This document shows positions 26,366-38,981 of a stretch of 64,000 bases of DNA, piece by piece. The stretch is from Octopus vulgaris. Its lineage: Eukaryota. Position numbers and translations under genes: made by a program. Under the pieces are notes generated by a model. The model was not told where the DNA came from and searched no databases. It saw nothing but the letters and a program-made list of their open reading frames with translations. The stretch is from assembly GCA_951406725.2 (NCBI GenBank), contig OX597819.1, positions 49,352,001 through 49,416,000 of the forward strand, written 5' to 3'. Every line of letters begins with the position of its first letter. Position 1 is the stretch's first letter.

Positions 26366-27349
26366 CTCAACAACACTGAGTTTCTTGCAAGATGTGGTCC
26401 AATAGCAAAAGTAGGATGTGAGATTTTGAATGTCTCACCTTGAGAAAGCAAAATAGTGAGTGAGTGCTATATTTTCATTTTTTTTTCATTTGTTTTTTTT
26501 TTATTACTGTGCTTTCTGAAATTATGGATTTCTGGATATCAGAGTTGTAACATCAGACTGTATGTTTGGGTCTATATACATAAAAGTAAAAATATCCCTA
26601 TGCTAATAATAACATTAAATAACCCAAAATAAATATTATTCATTCTCCAAGTTTCACATCTCACTGAACTTCATTGAAGTTTCCTTTCTCTTTTGAAGTC
26701 ATTTAGAACATTTTATTACGAGTGCTATCTGTTTGTTGATCTATCTATTTTTAGTATTACTAACATCTAACATTATGAATTTGTATATCCGTTTCTATGC
26801 ACTGTACAATTTTAAATGTAAAAATGTGAATTTATTTTCTATTGGCATGTATTTGTGTAACATAGGAATCGGTCAGATTCTGTCTTTTTTTTTTTTAATT
26901 TTCAGGAGGCATCAGTATCTCTATAACTCCAGTATTTCCTTATCAAACATCTGTTGTCAAAAATCATAAATTGAAGGTGTTAATATGCTACTCAAAATAA
27001 AACATCTGGTGACTGTTTCAATTGGATCTACAACAAACCTAATTTGGTCAATAAAACTGATATTATTACTGAAAACATATAAATTCAGGGTAGGTTACAG
27101 TGTAACAAAATACCATACAACCTAAATCAAAACTCATTCCGGGGTTTCTATATAAAACCTTACACGCTTTCAGCTGTAAGCCCTATACATAAATTTAATC
27201 AAGGATATTGAAGTGTTATTGATTTTTGTTGATTTTTAACCCTTTGGCATTCAAACTGGCTGTATCAGGCCCAAACATTCTATCTAATTTGGATTCACAA
27301 ATGTATAAACAAATATATTCCATAGATATTCTGTGCTTTCTGAAATTAT

Positions 27350-27752
27350 GGCACAGGAGTGGCTGTGTGGTAAGTAGCTTGCTTACCAACCACATGGTTC
27401 TGGGTTCAGTCCCACTGCATGGCACCTTAGGCAAGTGTCTTCTACTATAGCCTCAGGCCAACCAAAGCCTTGTGAGTGGATTTGGTAGACGGAAACTGAA
27501 AGAAGCCTGTCGTATATATGTATATGTATATATATATGTGTGTGTGTGTTTGTGTATCTGTGTTTGTCTCCCCCAACATCGCTTGACAGCTGATGCTGGT
27601 GTGTTTATGTCCTCGTAACTTAGCAGTTCAGCAAAAGAACCGATAGAATAAGTACTAGGCTTACAAAGAATAAGTCCTGGGGATGATTTGGTTGACTAAA
27701 GGTGGTGCTCCAGCATGGCTGCAGTCAAATGACTGAAACAAGTAAAAGAGTA
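27350..27752 (+). mobile_element. SINE family A, full length
   Basis: GGCACAGGAGTGGCTGTGTGG...AAACAAGTAAAAGAGT. Confidence 0.9.
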
Positions 27753-27960
27753 ACAGAGATATGTTTCAATACATTAAAATGGCATTCAGTTCAGTGAATT
27801 TTAAAATGCTATGAACAAGTTTACTATTATTATCATTGGACTACAAAAACAAAAGGGGGGGAGGGAAGACCACCTTTCTTTCACTTAAAGAGATTGAAGA
27901 ATCATTGAAAACTTCAATCAATGTTATCTTTAGGACAATGACAGAAACCACATCATATTC

Positions 27961-28193
27961 AAAGGCGGCGAGCTGGCAGAAACGTTAGCATGCCGGTGAA
28001 ATGCTTAACGATATTTCATCTGCTGTTACGTTCTGAGTTCAAATTCCGCTAAGATCGACTTTGCCTTTCATCCTTTCAGGGTCAATAAATTCGGTACCAG
28101 TTACACACTGGGGTCAATGTAATCGACTTAATCCCTTTGTCTGTCCTTGTTTGTACCCTCTATGTTTAGCTCCTTGTGGGCAATAAAGAAATA
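27961..28193 (+). mobile_element. SINE family B monomer with 18-bp TSD
   Basis: GGCGGCGAGCTGGCAGAAACGTTAGC...GGGCAATAAAGAAAT; TSD AGAAACCA(C/T)ATCATATTC at 27943-27960 and 28194-28211. Confidence 0.92.
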
Positions 28194-28288
28194 AGAAACC
28201 ATATCATATTCCATAAAAACAAAATAACATTAAAACTCATCTTCTATTAGAGAGGCTGTGGACTGCAGCTAATGAGAAAATACATACT

Positions 28289-28532
28289 TTTACTTTTTTA
28301 CTAGTTTCAGTCATTTGACTGTGGCCATGCTGGAGCACCGCCTCTAGTCGAGCAAATCACACAAGCACATACATATATATACAATGGGCTTCTTTCAGTT
28401 TCCATCTATCAAAATCCACTCACAAGGCTTTGATCAGCCTGAAGCTGTAGTAGAAGGTGTCACACAGTGGGACTGAACCCAGAACCATATGGTTGGTAAG
28501 CTAGCTTCTTTGCACCCAGCCACTCTTGCGCT
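28289..28532 (-). mobile_element. SINE family A with internal deletions
   Basis: Tail and head both present, middle missing. Confidence 0.85.
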
Positions 28533-29103
28533 TATCAATTTAATATTTATTTGTTAATAAGTTATAGCCTGTATAATGGAACAGCTTGTATCTAATTTTA
28601 AAATAAGATTTATTGATTCCTTAGAATGTTCTTGCTCTTCTGTTTCTTTGTATCTCTAAACTAGAAGGGAGGATCTATGTAAATTACTTGACCTACTAAT
28701 ATCTTTCAAAAAAAGAAAAAAACAAAAACAAGAAAAAAAAAAGAACTTTTACCTCATTCATTGCTGGGACATGTTCCAAAATTAAATCAATATGATGCTT
28801 ATGGTCAAAACAAAGAAGCAGGATAGTCAGAGCTAACAAAATATTACCAAATTATATAGTTTTATCGAGATTTACTTTGCTACTAGATTTAAAGGTCAAA
28901 TTATAAATGGCTCAACAGCAAAGAGCCAGTTTAGACTATAAAACATGGTGTTTGGTAGCTTAGATTTGTAAGTAATAAGTAATCCTATCAAATTTTACTT
29001 ACGGTGTTGTTGTACATTCCTAAGTCCAGTTATATATGGACACAACGGCTCATTTGGTAAACCTGATATGTTGAGTTTGTAGGTTACTCTAAACTGTTAT
29101 TAA

Positions 29104-29324
29104 CCCTTTCGTTACCAACCCGGCTGAAACTGGCTCTGGCTCTGAGTTCAAATGTCTTGTTTTCATAAATTTTGAATTAAAATCTTCCACCAAACCTTAG
29201 TCACAATTAATGGTCTCTGACACTAGCTTAATGATAACCAAGTAATTTTACTAAATTCTTTGTTATATTTAAAGTAATTGAAAGAAACACTGAGCATCTC
29301 AAAATAAATACAGTAACAAAAGGG
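29104..29324. mobile_element. piggyBac-type MITE
   Basis: TTAA|CCCTTTCGTTAC...GTAACAAAAGGG|TTAA: TTAA TSD and 12-bp near-perfect TIR. Confidence 0.9.
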
Positions 29325-29333
29325 TTAATTTAC

Positions 29334-29737
29334 ACTCTTTTACTCTTTTATTTGTTTCAGTCATTTGACTGCAACCATGCTGGAGCACTGCCTTTAATCA
29401 ATCAAATAGCCCCCAGGGACTTATTCTTTGTAAGCCTCATACTTATTCGATCGGTCTCTTTTGACTAAGTTACAGGGATGTAAACACACCAGTATCAATT
29501 GTCAGGCGATGGTGGGGGAGTGAGACAAACACAGACACACAAACACACACACATACACACACACTCACACACATATGTACGACATGCTTTTTTCAGTTTC
29601 TGTCTACTAAATCCATTCACAGCCCGAGGCCAGCCCGACATAGTAGAAGACATTGCCAAGGTGCCATGCAGTGGGACTGAATCCGGAACCATGTGGTTGG
29701 TAAGCAAGCTACTTACCACACAGCCACTCCTGCACCT
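29334..29737 (-). mobile_element. SINE family A, full length
   Basis: Same consensus as 6632-7030. Confidence 0.9.
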
Positions 29738-29924
29738 ATGATCATTTTCTCTTTGTCTCTTCCCCCCTCCACCACCCCACTTTTCTCCTATGAGGTGTGA
29801 GTAGCCATGCAGATCTCTCCACAGGAACCTGCTCTGACCACCCTGCTCATAGTAATGCCCCTCCTCCCCTGGTATGAAGCTGAAACCACACCCATGTACC
29901 CACCTACTCCAAGGCTCTTAAGCC

Positions 29925-30186
29925 TGTGAACTGCAGGGTGACCTCAACATTGCAGGCAACAGGAAAAAAGCATCCAGCCCATGCTGTTAAGTGATTATGT
30001 TAAGTTGGGTACCTGACTGTAAAGACCATACCAAAGCAGATATTGGAGCTCGATGGACACATCCGATCCTGTCAAATCCTCCAACCCATACCAGCATGGA
30101 ACATGGACATTAAACTATAATGATGATGATGATGATGATGATAACAATGATAATGATGACAACAACAATGATGATGATGATAATGA
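29925..30186 (+). mobile_element. RTE 3' UTR fragment with (GAT)n tail
   Basis: TCCAACCCATACCAGCATGGAACATGGACATTAAA...GATGATGAT. Confidence 0.65.
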
Positions 30187-30410
30187 CTCACATACAGCCA
30201 AATGCACAAGATTTTTGATTTTGAAGTTAACTTAAACTATTTTCTATGTTATCATCATTCATGATTACATAATTCTAAAGCAAACTGACAAACAAGTGAG
30301 TATAACTTATTCAAAGCATAACACTGTACACAGTATGATTCACTATTAGATAAGAGGTTGGACTGCATAGTTGTCGGCTCAGAAATAGTGGCATGAACTA
30401 TAGATCTATT

Positions 30411-30669
30411 CTGCACTGGATTAACCATGAAGCAAAATAAGCATTTGCTTAGGGCACCAAGGGAAGAGGGGCACCGCAGAAATGGTAAATGGTCTACAGC
30501 ACAAAAGAAATCACTTTAAAATTGCTAAAATAAAATTTGAAGTAGTTTATATGATTGGAAAAATTTATTTTATGGTTTATTCTTGTTTATGTTTTGAATT
30601 ACATAGATATATGAGGGTACCAAAATATTTTAAGTGCTTAGGACCTCTGTAGGTCTTAATCTGTCCCTG
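30411..30669. mobile_element. hAT-type MITE with 8-bp TSD
   Basis: CTGCACTGGATTAA ... TTAATCTGTCCCTG imperfect TIRs; flanks GATCTATT (30403-30410) / GATCTATG (30670-30677). Confidence 0.6.
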
Positions 30670-32219
30670 GATCTATGGATGAGACCTAGTTGATCAATCA
30701 ACTGCCTACATGCTATAAATCTGTTCAGTCAGAGATGATCTGGGTCTAAAACAACAACAGCAACAACAACAACAATGCCAAAGAATAGAAAACAAAGAAA
30801 TGTTTGACAGCAAGAATGCTAATTTTTAATTAATTAGGTAGCAAGCATCTTGAAAGCAGAAGGTGTGATGTTCAGATATTTTTGTCTTTTCCAAGGGTAT
30901 TAGCAATGTAAATGGAATAGTTCCAACAAGGAATCAAAACATTGTTACATTTGCAATTTACAACTACAATAACAAAAGTGGATTCAACATCTGTTATTCC
31001 ATGTTGGCACAAGCTAGAAATGTTTGCACAACGGCCCCTCCATGCATCAATCACCCTCATTTTTCCGTTATGACTTCCTTTAGAGAATGAATAAATAGAT
31101 GCAATGAAGAGAAAACTATTACAAAAACATGAACTGATTAACACAGAGAGCTAAGTTGTTGTTTATGGAATGGTAAAGGGATTTTTAAAATAACAGATTT
31201 TGTTTACAAGTTCCAACAATGACCTTGCAGTAAAGAATGACATTTTAAATACAGTTTTCTTAAAATTTAATAACAAATACAAAAAGGAACAAAATTTTAT
31301 TTTTTTAACTGACAAAATATTGGAATTAAAATAATAAACTCAAAACGCTGAATTCCTCAAGAAATAGGCAACAGACCAGAGTCCAAGGAAACTATGGTGG
31401 CCTGCCGTAACAACAGTCTCACAATGAAGTCTATGAATTTGGATAATTTTCTATGCTGTTTAGAGAAAAGGATACAAATGTTTTTGGACTGACCCCTTAA
31501 ATGAGAGGGGAAAAAATGTTTTCTCTCTCAGTTGAAAAACATTAACATCCTTGACTCCCCACAGCTGATGAACTTACTCTAACTCACTAAATTTTCAAGA
31601 AAAGCAACCTTCTTGACCCCATTAAGAACTGCCCTGTTGCTTTTCCATCCGACACATCAAAAGTAATAGAAATAATTATAAGTCATAAACAATAACATCA
31701 TTTACTACCTTCTTCAAAACTTTCTATTCTCTGTTGGTGGCCACCAGTATGGACTACTGAAGACCTTCAAAATAAATAACAAATATTACTATATGGACAC
31801 AGACATGGTCAAGTGGTTAAGAAGTTAACTTCTCAACCATGTGGTTCTGAGTTCAATCTCACTATACAGCACCCTAAGCTAGTATCTTCTGCTACAGCTT
31901 TGGGTTAACAAATACCTTGTGAGTGTTGGAATTGGATAGTGCGTTGTTCTCAGCAAGGGTCCATATAAGATTTTGGTGTTAGAATTTATGTGCAACAATG
32001 TGGTTGTATTTCTACAATACACAAAATGTTTAAATGCTTTTTCATACAATTCCCAAAATATTTAATCATAGGAATATAAAAGGAGTTTTTAGACATCGAA
32101 AGACTATGAAGCCCCCCCCCCCCCCGAGTAAAATAGGAAACAAAGGAATCTATAGGAGAAAAAAGATTGAGAACCAATGGGATAGATGGAAACTGCAAGA
32201 ATACAACACACACACACAA

Positions 32220-32239
<20 letters not shown>

Positions 32240-32251
<12 letters not shown>

Positions 32252-32498
32252 ATATGTGCTATGTGTATCTAGAACAGTGATTCTTAACCTGGGTGGTAGT
32301 ATTCCTTTAGTGGCATGGTAAGCTCTTGAGGAGGTGGTAAATGTCAAAGTGGACTATGGTGGTGGGGTGTTGAATGTTTTGAGGGAGTTGGGATTTCTCT
32401 TAGAAATAAATTATTTAAACCAATAATAAAGTATTTAAATTTAATATTTATATTCTAATCCCGATGAAGTGTTTTTCTTTTTTGAAAATGTATCTAAA
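32240..32498 (+). repeat. Arm 1 of a locus-specific inverted duplication (contains a hAT-like end CAGTGATTCTTAACCTGG)
   Basis: Reverse complement of 38719-38981; ORF track gives MTFTTSSRAYHATKGILPPRLRITVLDTHS on opposite strands at both sites. Confidence 0.9.
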
Positions 32499-32587
32499 CA
32501 CACACCCACAAGTTGTACTTGGATTTAAACACTCTAAGAAACAGAGAACTCAATAGAGGTTAATTATAGGGTATAAATTTTACTGAA

Positions 32588-32734
32588 GTTTCCATCTACC
32601 AAATCCACTCACAAGGCTTTGGTCGACCCGAGGCTGTAGTAGAAGACATTTGCCCAAAGTGCCATGCAGCGGGACTGAACCCAGAATCATGTGATTGGTA
32701 AGCAAGCTACTTACCACACAGCCACTCCTACGCC
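32588..32734 (-). mobile_element. SINE family A, 5' part
   Basis: GTTTCCATCTACCAAATCC...CCACTCCTACGCC. Confidence 0.85.
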
Positions 32735-33121
32735 TATGAATTTTTAATATAAAAAAACTATTTTTCTTAGATGTATCAACACAGGTTCTTATTTGCTTGT
32801 AATTTTCTCCCAGTACAAAACTACATTCTATGTAGAGTGTTTTCAGTCAGATTTGGCTGCTATTTTTAGCATGTCAAGCAATCACACTCATGTTCCCTTG
32901 TTGTCTCAAGAGCTGCATTGTTGAACTCATTTATGCTTGCTTCTGGAACAAGTAAAGGAGTAAGTATATAATCTTAGTGAAGAGTCATAAAAACTCTTCA
33001 CCTAAGTCCTGTTAAAATAACCTTACTTTTAACAATCCAATATATGATCAGGGAAAACCAGCCAAATATTCCTCTAGTTTTCACATTCTCATTGCTTACC
33101 AAAGTATGGATTATGGTATCA

Positions 33122-33970
33122 CTAGCTGACGTACTCGGTAAATCCTGGGAGAGCGGAGCTTATCACTTGGTTCCATTCTTATAATTGTTTCGCTAATCTA
33201 ATAACAACAATACAAAGTATGTAGCCCTTAAAACGGTTTTTGTGCATTTACAGAGAATACCGAACTGTCTTACACAGGATCTTGTTTTAGGAATTCCCAA
33301 TAAGTTATGAATACCCAAATCGTGAAGTCAGTTATGTAATAACATGAAATTAGTTACCCGATAGTAAGAATTCATATAAAATAGCTCTGAAAAGGGCTTT
33401 AATGCGTTCCCAAAGTATATAGAACATAGGAGGAAATACTAATAAGGTATGTATACTAAAATCGGGAAGCATGTTACATAGTAACAGGCTAATCAGATAA
33501 AAGATAATAATAATTCAAAGTAAATAACTCTGAAAAGGGCTTTTGTGCATTCCTAGGGAATATTACCCTCAGGGGCACTAGTGTTGGTATATTCGGGAAT
33601 AGGTCACTAACTGGAATAAGTGGATCTATTGTCTAGGAAAATACTATTTACTTGTTTAAGGGTTGTACTTGATAAATTGTGAAAATAACTCTAACAGTTC
33701 AAATACTAAGAGATAAGCATACTCAAATTCATTTTTACCAAATATTTAGGAAAATGAATGGGTTATTTCCCTTGGCTATATATGAGAATCCCTTCCAGGG
33801 GCCCTATTATCGATTTTTTTTTTCAATAATCTGAGCATGCCATGAGGTTTCCAGACATGAGTTCTACTCATGTGTCAAGTTTCATCAAAATCGATAAAAC
33901 AATGTAGGAGGAGTTAGCTAACAACTCCACAAACACACCCACAGACAAAATTTCCCACATATGTAGTAGA
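33122..33970 (-). mobile_element. Non-autonomous Helitron (~850 bp)
   Basis: Minus strand starts A|TCTACTAC...TTTGTCTGTG...CGATTTTGATGAAACTTGACACA (motif shared with the 2279 element) and ends with a degenerate hairpin CCCAGGATTTACCGAG then CTAG|T. Confidence 0.75.
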
Positions 33971-35588
33971 TGTTAATTAAACCTTCCTCTATGTCAGCAA
34001 AAATAGAGTTATCTTCTCTTTGCTAGGTATTTCTTCCACAGTTCTTTAGTTGTTTGATTAAAATTAAAACTGAAATACCAATCTCACTGTAAAAATAGGC
34101 CCCTTAAAAACTTTTTAGTAGCTGGGTGGCATCAGAATTTAACTTTTCTGTGCAATTTCATTCTTACTTATGCTCTATCAGAATGCTCTTATCTCCCCTT
34201 TCCAATATACAGAGTGATAGTAGCCTATGACCACTTATTAAAATATAGCCAAATATGTACTAAGGCATAACTCATTTGCATAATGGTTGAAAACTCACAG
34301 CTTCGGTTATTATAACTAAATATGCAATAATATTCCCGTATATTTAGTATATTTAGTCTCATTGTGTAAATAATCCTTATGAAGCCCTTTTCGGAAACTT
34401 GGAATGAAAGAGAAACTGAATGGTTTCAATGAATTAATTAACAATGCAATAGATCCCTCCATCGACATCCCAATCTACTGAAAAAGACCTAAAGGGAATG
34501 ATTTTCATTGTTGGGTCAAGTAAATACAGATATGGCCAATTAGAAATATAGTATGTGCATTTCTCATGACCATGTGAAAATCTAAATACCATTCTATCCA
34601 AGTTTAGTTTGCCTTGTTTTTTCTTTACTGTAACTGTTTCCTAATTTAATTCATTAATTTAAGATATTACTCTTTTGTACATCAGTGTTAATGATAATAT
34701 AAAACTGACTCTGTTGTTAAAATGTTTGACTGTTATGTTGTATCCATCTGATCATGAAGTTGAATTTTGCAGCATCAGTTGCATGGTGCTGCTACAAGAC
34801 AAGGGGAATCACTCTTTTTGTCTCACTCCACCCTTTCTTATAAACAGGTATTACACTGTTTCTTGATTAAGCTTTTTGGTAATAAAACGATCAGCCAGCT
34901 GCAGAAGTGATACACAGTTTGCAAAACCCACACTTCTCCTACACACACAACAAAAATGTAAACCAGTACAATATATATATATATATATAATTTCATATTT
35001 ACGTGTATAAGAAAGAGGGATAGGAGGCTATGTGAGTGTGACTACATGTATGTGTATGTGTTTGAGCATATGTGTGTGTATGTGCATATATGTAAATAAA
35101 TTCATATATGTAAAGCATTTTAACAGATCTATAACCAGAAATTCTATCCTAGTCTGCTGCCATTACTTTTTTTGCTGCCAATAAACAACTAATTCATTGC
35201 AAATTCCAAATTCCAGCATCGTAAGTACTAATATTTTGGCAGTATCAGTACAGCAGCAGACAAAATGTATGAAGTATTTAGTTATTTTGTATTATTGTTC
35301 CAAGTTCAAATCCTAAGAAAGTTAATTTTGCTTTCATCCTTCTTGTTTCAATAAAATAAATACCAGTCATGGATAAGGGACAATTAAACTTCCCATTCCC
35401 TCTTGGAAAACTTCTGACTATGCCTACAGAGAAATCAATATTTTTCTGTTCTCCCTTTTAATTTTTTTTTATATACACATATAAATATAAGATAGAGTAC
35501 TAATGAAGCATTCAGTCGATTTAATATTCCTATAAAGTATACAAAATGTGAACAGAATTATAATAAATGGACTAATACTAGTACACAT

Positions 35589-35626
<38 letters not shown>

Positions 35627-35875
35627 ACAAACTCCCCCTACATGTATAATTATTTGTATCTTATCTCACATAGACAATGTGTCTTCCAAAAAAGATAAAC
35701 ACACGTGTGTGTGTGTGTGTATTATGAATACATGTGCATATGCATATATAAATATCTATATATAAATGTGTATGTGTGTCTATATAAATAAAAGTACACG
35801 TGTGTGTATATGTGTATGTATATTATTTATGTATATATGTATATATATGTATATATGTATGTATATATGTGTATA

Positions 35876-35933
<58 letters not shown>

Positions 35934-36367
35934 CATACATACATATATATATTATATATATATATATAAACACACATATACATGCATATGCATTTTTGCT
36001 ATTAGAGGATACTCTTTATATATTTAAAATTACAATTGTACAAGAGATAATGACTCCCAAAATCAAATAAATTCCAACTTAAATTTCACCAATAAATTTT
36101 GTTTTGATAAAAAAATTTTATATATTTTAATTCCTCGTTATTATGAGAAGCTTAATTATTTAATCTAACTATTTTATGCCATGAAAATAATTTTTCAGCT
36201 TGGTTAATATTTTGAAAAACTTCCGCTAAAACTTTATCCAAATACAGAAGCTGTCGTTGTTCTTGATCTTATTTAGTTCCAACTTCTCCCTGAATAAACA
36301 AATCTAAGATCAAGCACAGAGTACCCTGGATTACATTATTCAATGCAATTTTTTTTAAAGAGGATAG

Positions 36368-36750
36368 GGCATAGGAGTGGCTGTGTGATAAGTTGCTTGC
36401 TTACCAACAACATGGTTCCGGGTTCAATCCCACTGCGTGGCACCTTGGGCAAGTGTCTTCTACTATAACCTCGGGCCGACCAAAGCCTTGTGAGTGGATT
36501 TTGCTAGATGGAACTGAAAGAAGCCTGTCGTATATCGGTATATGTATATGTATGTGTGTGTATATGTTTGTGTGTCTGTGTTTGTCCCCACAACATTGCT
36601 TGACAACCGATGCGGTTTGACAAAAGAAACTGATAGAATAAGTACTAGGCTTACAAAGAATAAGTCCTGGGGTTGATTTGCTCAACTAAAGATGGTGCTT
36701 CAGCATGGCCACAGTCAAATGACTGAAACAAGTAAAAGAGTATAAGAGTA
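36368..36750 (+). mobile_element. SINE family A with TSD
   Basis: Consensus match; AAAGAGGAT at 36357-36365 and 36751-36759. Confidence 0.9.
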
Positions 36751-37102
36751 AAAGAGGATGTTTGAGGTGGATTTGGTTGTGATTTCTAGCAGTCTGAGCC
36801 ACCATCCTGAGGCTTTCTCCTTGACTCATGTAATTGAATGAAGTGAGGGAAGAAGAAGGCTCTTATACTTTAAGCTTAAAAGTAAGATTCTAATAAAGTG
36901 AATTATAAAAAGTCAGAAGTAGTTTTGACCATTTAGCATTTAAACCAGCCATATGAGGCCCTAATATTCTACCAGTTTTATGTTCAAACCAGTCAGATAC
37001 AGCCTCTCACATTTACCTTACACAATGTCATTCTAAAAATAAACAATCACATTATCAAAATCTCAAAGCTACAAGGTAATGCATGATTAATTCAAAACAA
37101 TC

Positions 37103-37830
37103 AACATCATCATCATCATTTAATGTCGATTCTCCATGCTGGCATGGGTTGGACAGTTTGACAGAAGCTGACCAGCTGAAGGGCTGTTCAGGCTTCAGGT
37201 CTGTTTTGGCATGGTTTCTATGGCTGGATGCCTTTCTTAATGTCAGCCACTTTACAGTGTGTATTAGGTGCTTTTATGCAGCACTGGTGCTGGTGCTGGT
37301 GCTTTTTATGTTAAGTTAATTTTTTGGCTCAAACAGCAAAAGCAAGGCCATGTAGGGGGACATGGAGTTATGTACAGGGAGTGTGTTCATGCAAAGAGTT
37401 CAGGCCATTTTTGGTCGAGAGTCTTTGAACTGAGCAGTCATCAGCATCTTCACTATCTCGTCCGGCAGCTTATTCCACGGATCCACAACCCGGACGGCGA
37501 AAGCCCATCTCCTTCGATTGAGATAAAATCGTCGCAGATATAGCTTTTCGGAGTGACCCCGCAGCCGACACTCTGGAGCAGGAGTGAAGAACAGCTCTTT
37601 TGAGAGGTTACACTTTCCACTTATGATGTTGTGAGGGTGGAACCAGCACTTACTAGCCAGCAGGAACAGGGGCTGCTCAGCTGGAGAGAGGTGCAAGGGA
37701 TGAGTGTGGATGCAAAGGTAACCATGCTTTACTTAGCTTAGCATGTCTTGTCAAGCATGACAAACTACCAAGAGTCTCAGTCCCCTGTCACCCCCACCCC
37801 CCTGTGAGTTCCAACATTTGTAGGTCCTCA
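37103..37830 (-). mobile_element. RTE 3' fragment, split by a CR1 insertion
   Basis: CATCATCATTTAATGTCGATTCTCCATGCTGGCATGGGTTGGAC tail at 37103; RTE ORF-end-like sequence resumes ~37720-37830. Confidence 0.6.
37311..37637 (-). mobile_element. CR1-type LINE 3' end
   Basis: NIISGKCNLSKELFF...LRGHSEKL...RRRWAFAVRVVDPWNKLPDEIV...FK (CR1 RGH..KL / RV...WN.LP motifs). Confidence 0.85.
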
Positions 37831-38244
37831 ATGTAAGTCAATAAATATTACATTTGGCAGACTAATCTGAATGCTAAAAGGTTAAACATACTAGATTCAT
37901 GCTTCTTAACCTGTTGTGGCTCAACACCCACTTCATTTCTCATTTGATTATTTTAATTAAACAGAAGTTGTTAAATTTATGCAGTTGATAATTAACTCCC
38001 CAGTCTTTGTTGCAGTGTGGTGGCTTGAATGCCTTAGTGACCCTGAAAGTTATGCCAGTGGAGCATAAGCTTCTCATAAGCACCAAAGACAGCCCCAGTG
38101 TTGAGAACAGTAGAGAAAATGTTGTCTCCATAGAGAGTGAAGGGCTTAAATCAAATCAATAATTAACTGTACATTCTTATTCCATCCCAATCCAGCACAA
38201 GACTCCTTTTAAATTATTGTTGGGACCAAAGCCCTTATCTTTTA

Positions 38245-38690
38245 TCTTTTACTTGTTTCAGTCATTAGACTGCAGACATGTTGGGGCACTGCCTTAAAGA
38301 ATTTTTAGTGGAACAAGTCGTTCCCAGTACTTGCCATTTTTTTCATTTATTTTTTTTTGTAAAGCCTGATACTTATTCTATTAGTCCCCTTTGCTGAACT
38401 GCTAAGTTATAAGGATGTAAACACTTCAACACCAGTTGTCAAGCAGTGGTGGGGGACAAACACACATGCATGCATGCACACACACACATACATACACACA
38501 CTCATACACACATACACACACTCATATGATAGGCTTCTTTCATTTTCTGTATACCAAATTCACCCACAAGGCTTTGGTCAGCTTGGGGCTATAGTAGAAG
38601 ACACTTGTCCAAGGTGCAACACAGTGGAGACTGAACCCGGAACCATGTGGTTGGGAAGCTAACTTCTTACCACAGAACCACGCCTGTTCC
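38245..38690 (-). mobile_element. SINE family A, diverged
   Basis: Consensus match. Confidence 0.85.
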
Positions 38691-38718
38691 TCTGTTAAAT
38701 TTTTTTGAAAATTCATAT

Positions 38719-38981
38719 TTTAGATACATTTTCAAAAAAGAAAAAAACTTTGTCAGAATTAGAATATAAATATTAAAAATTTAAATACTTTATTATTGGT
38801 TTAAATATTTTATTTCTAAGAGAAATCCCAACTCCATCAAAGCATTCAACACCCCACCACCATAGTCCACTTTGACATTTACCACCTCCTCAAGAGCTTA
38901 TCATGCCACTAAAGGAATACTACCACCCAGGTTAAGAATCACTGTTCTAGATACACATAGCATATATACGTGTGTGTGTGT
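38719..38981 (-). repeat. Arm 2 of the inverted duplication of 32240-32498
   Basis: Reverse-complement match including the flank outside the hAT-like terminus. Confidence 0.9.

Larger units (their letters stand above)
36929..37881. mobile_element. piggyBac-type MITE (second family) interrupted by nested LINE fragments
   Basis: TTGA|CCATTTAGCATT ... AATGCTAAAAGG|TTAA termini; body broken from ~37101 to ~37830. Confidence 0.7.
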
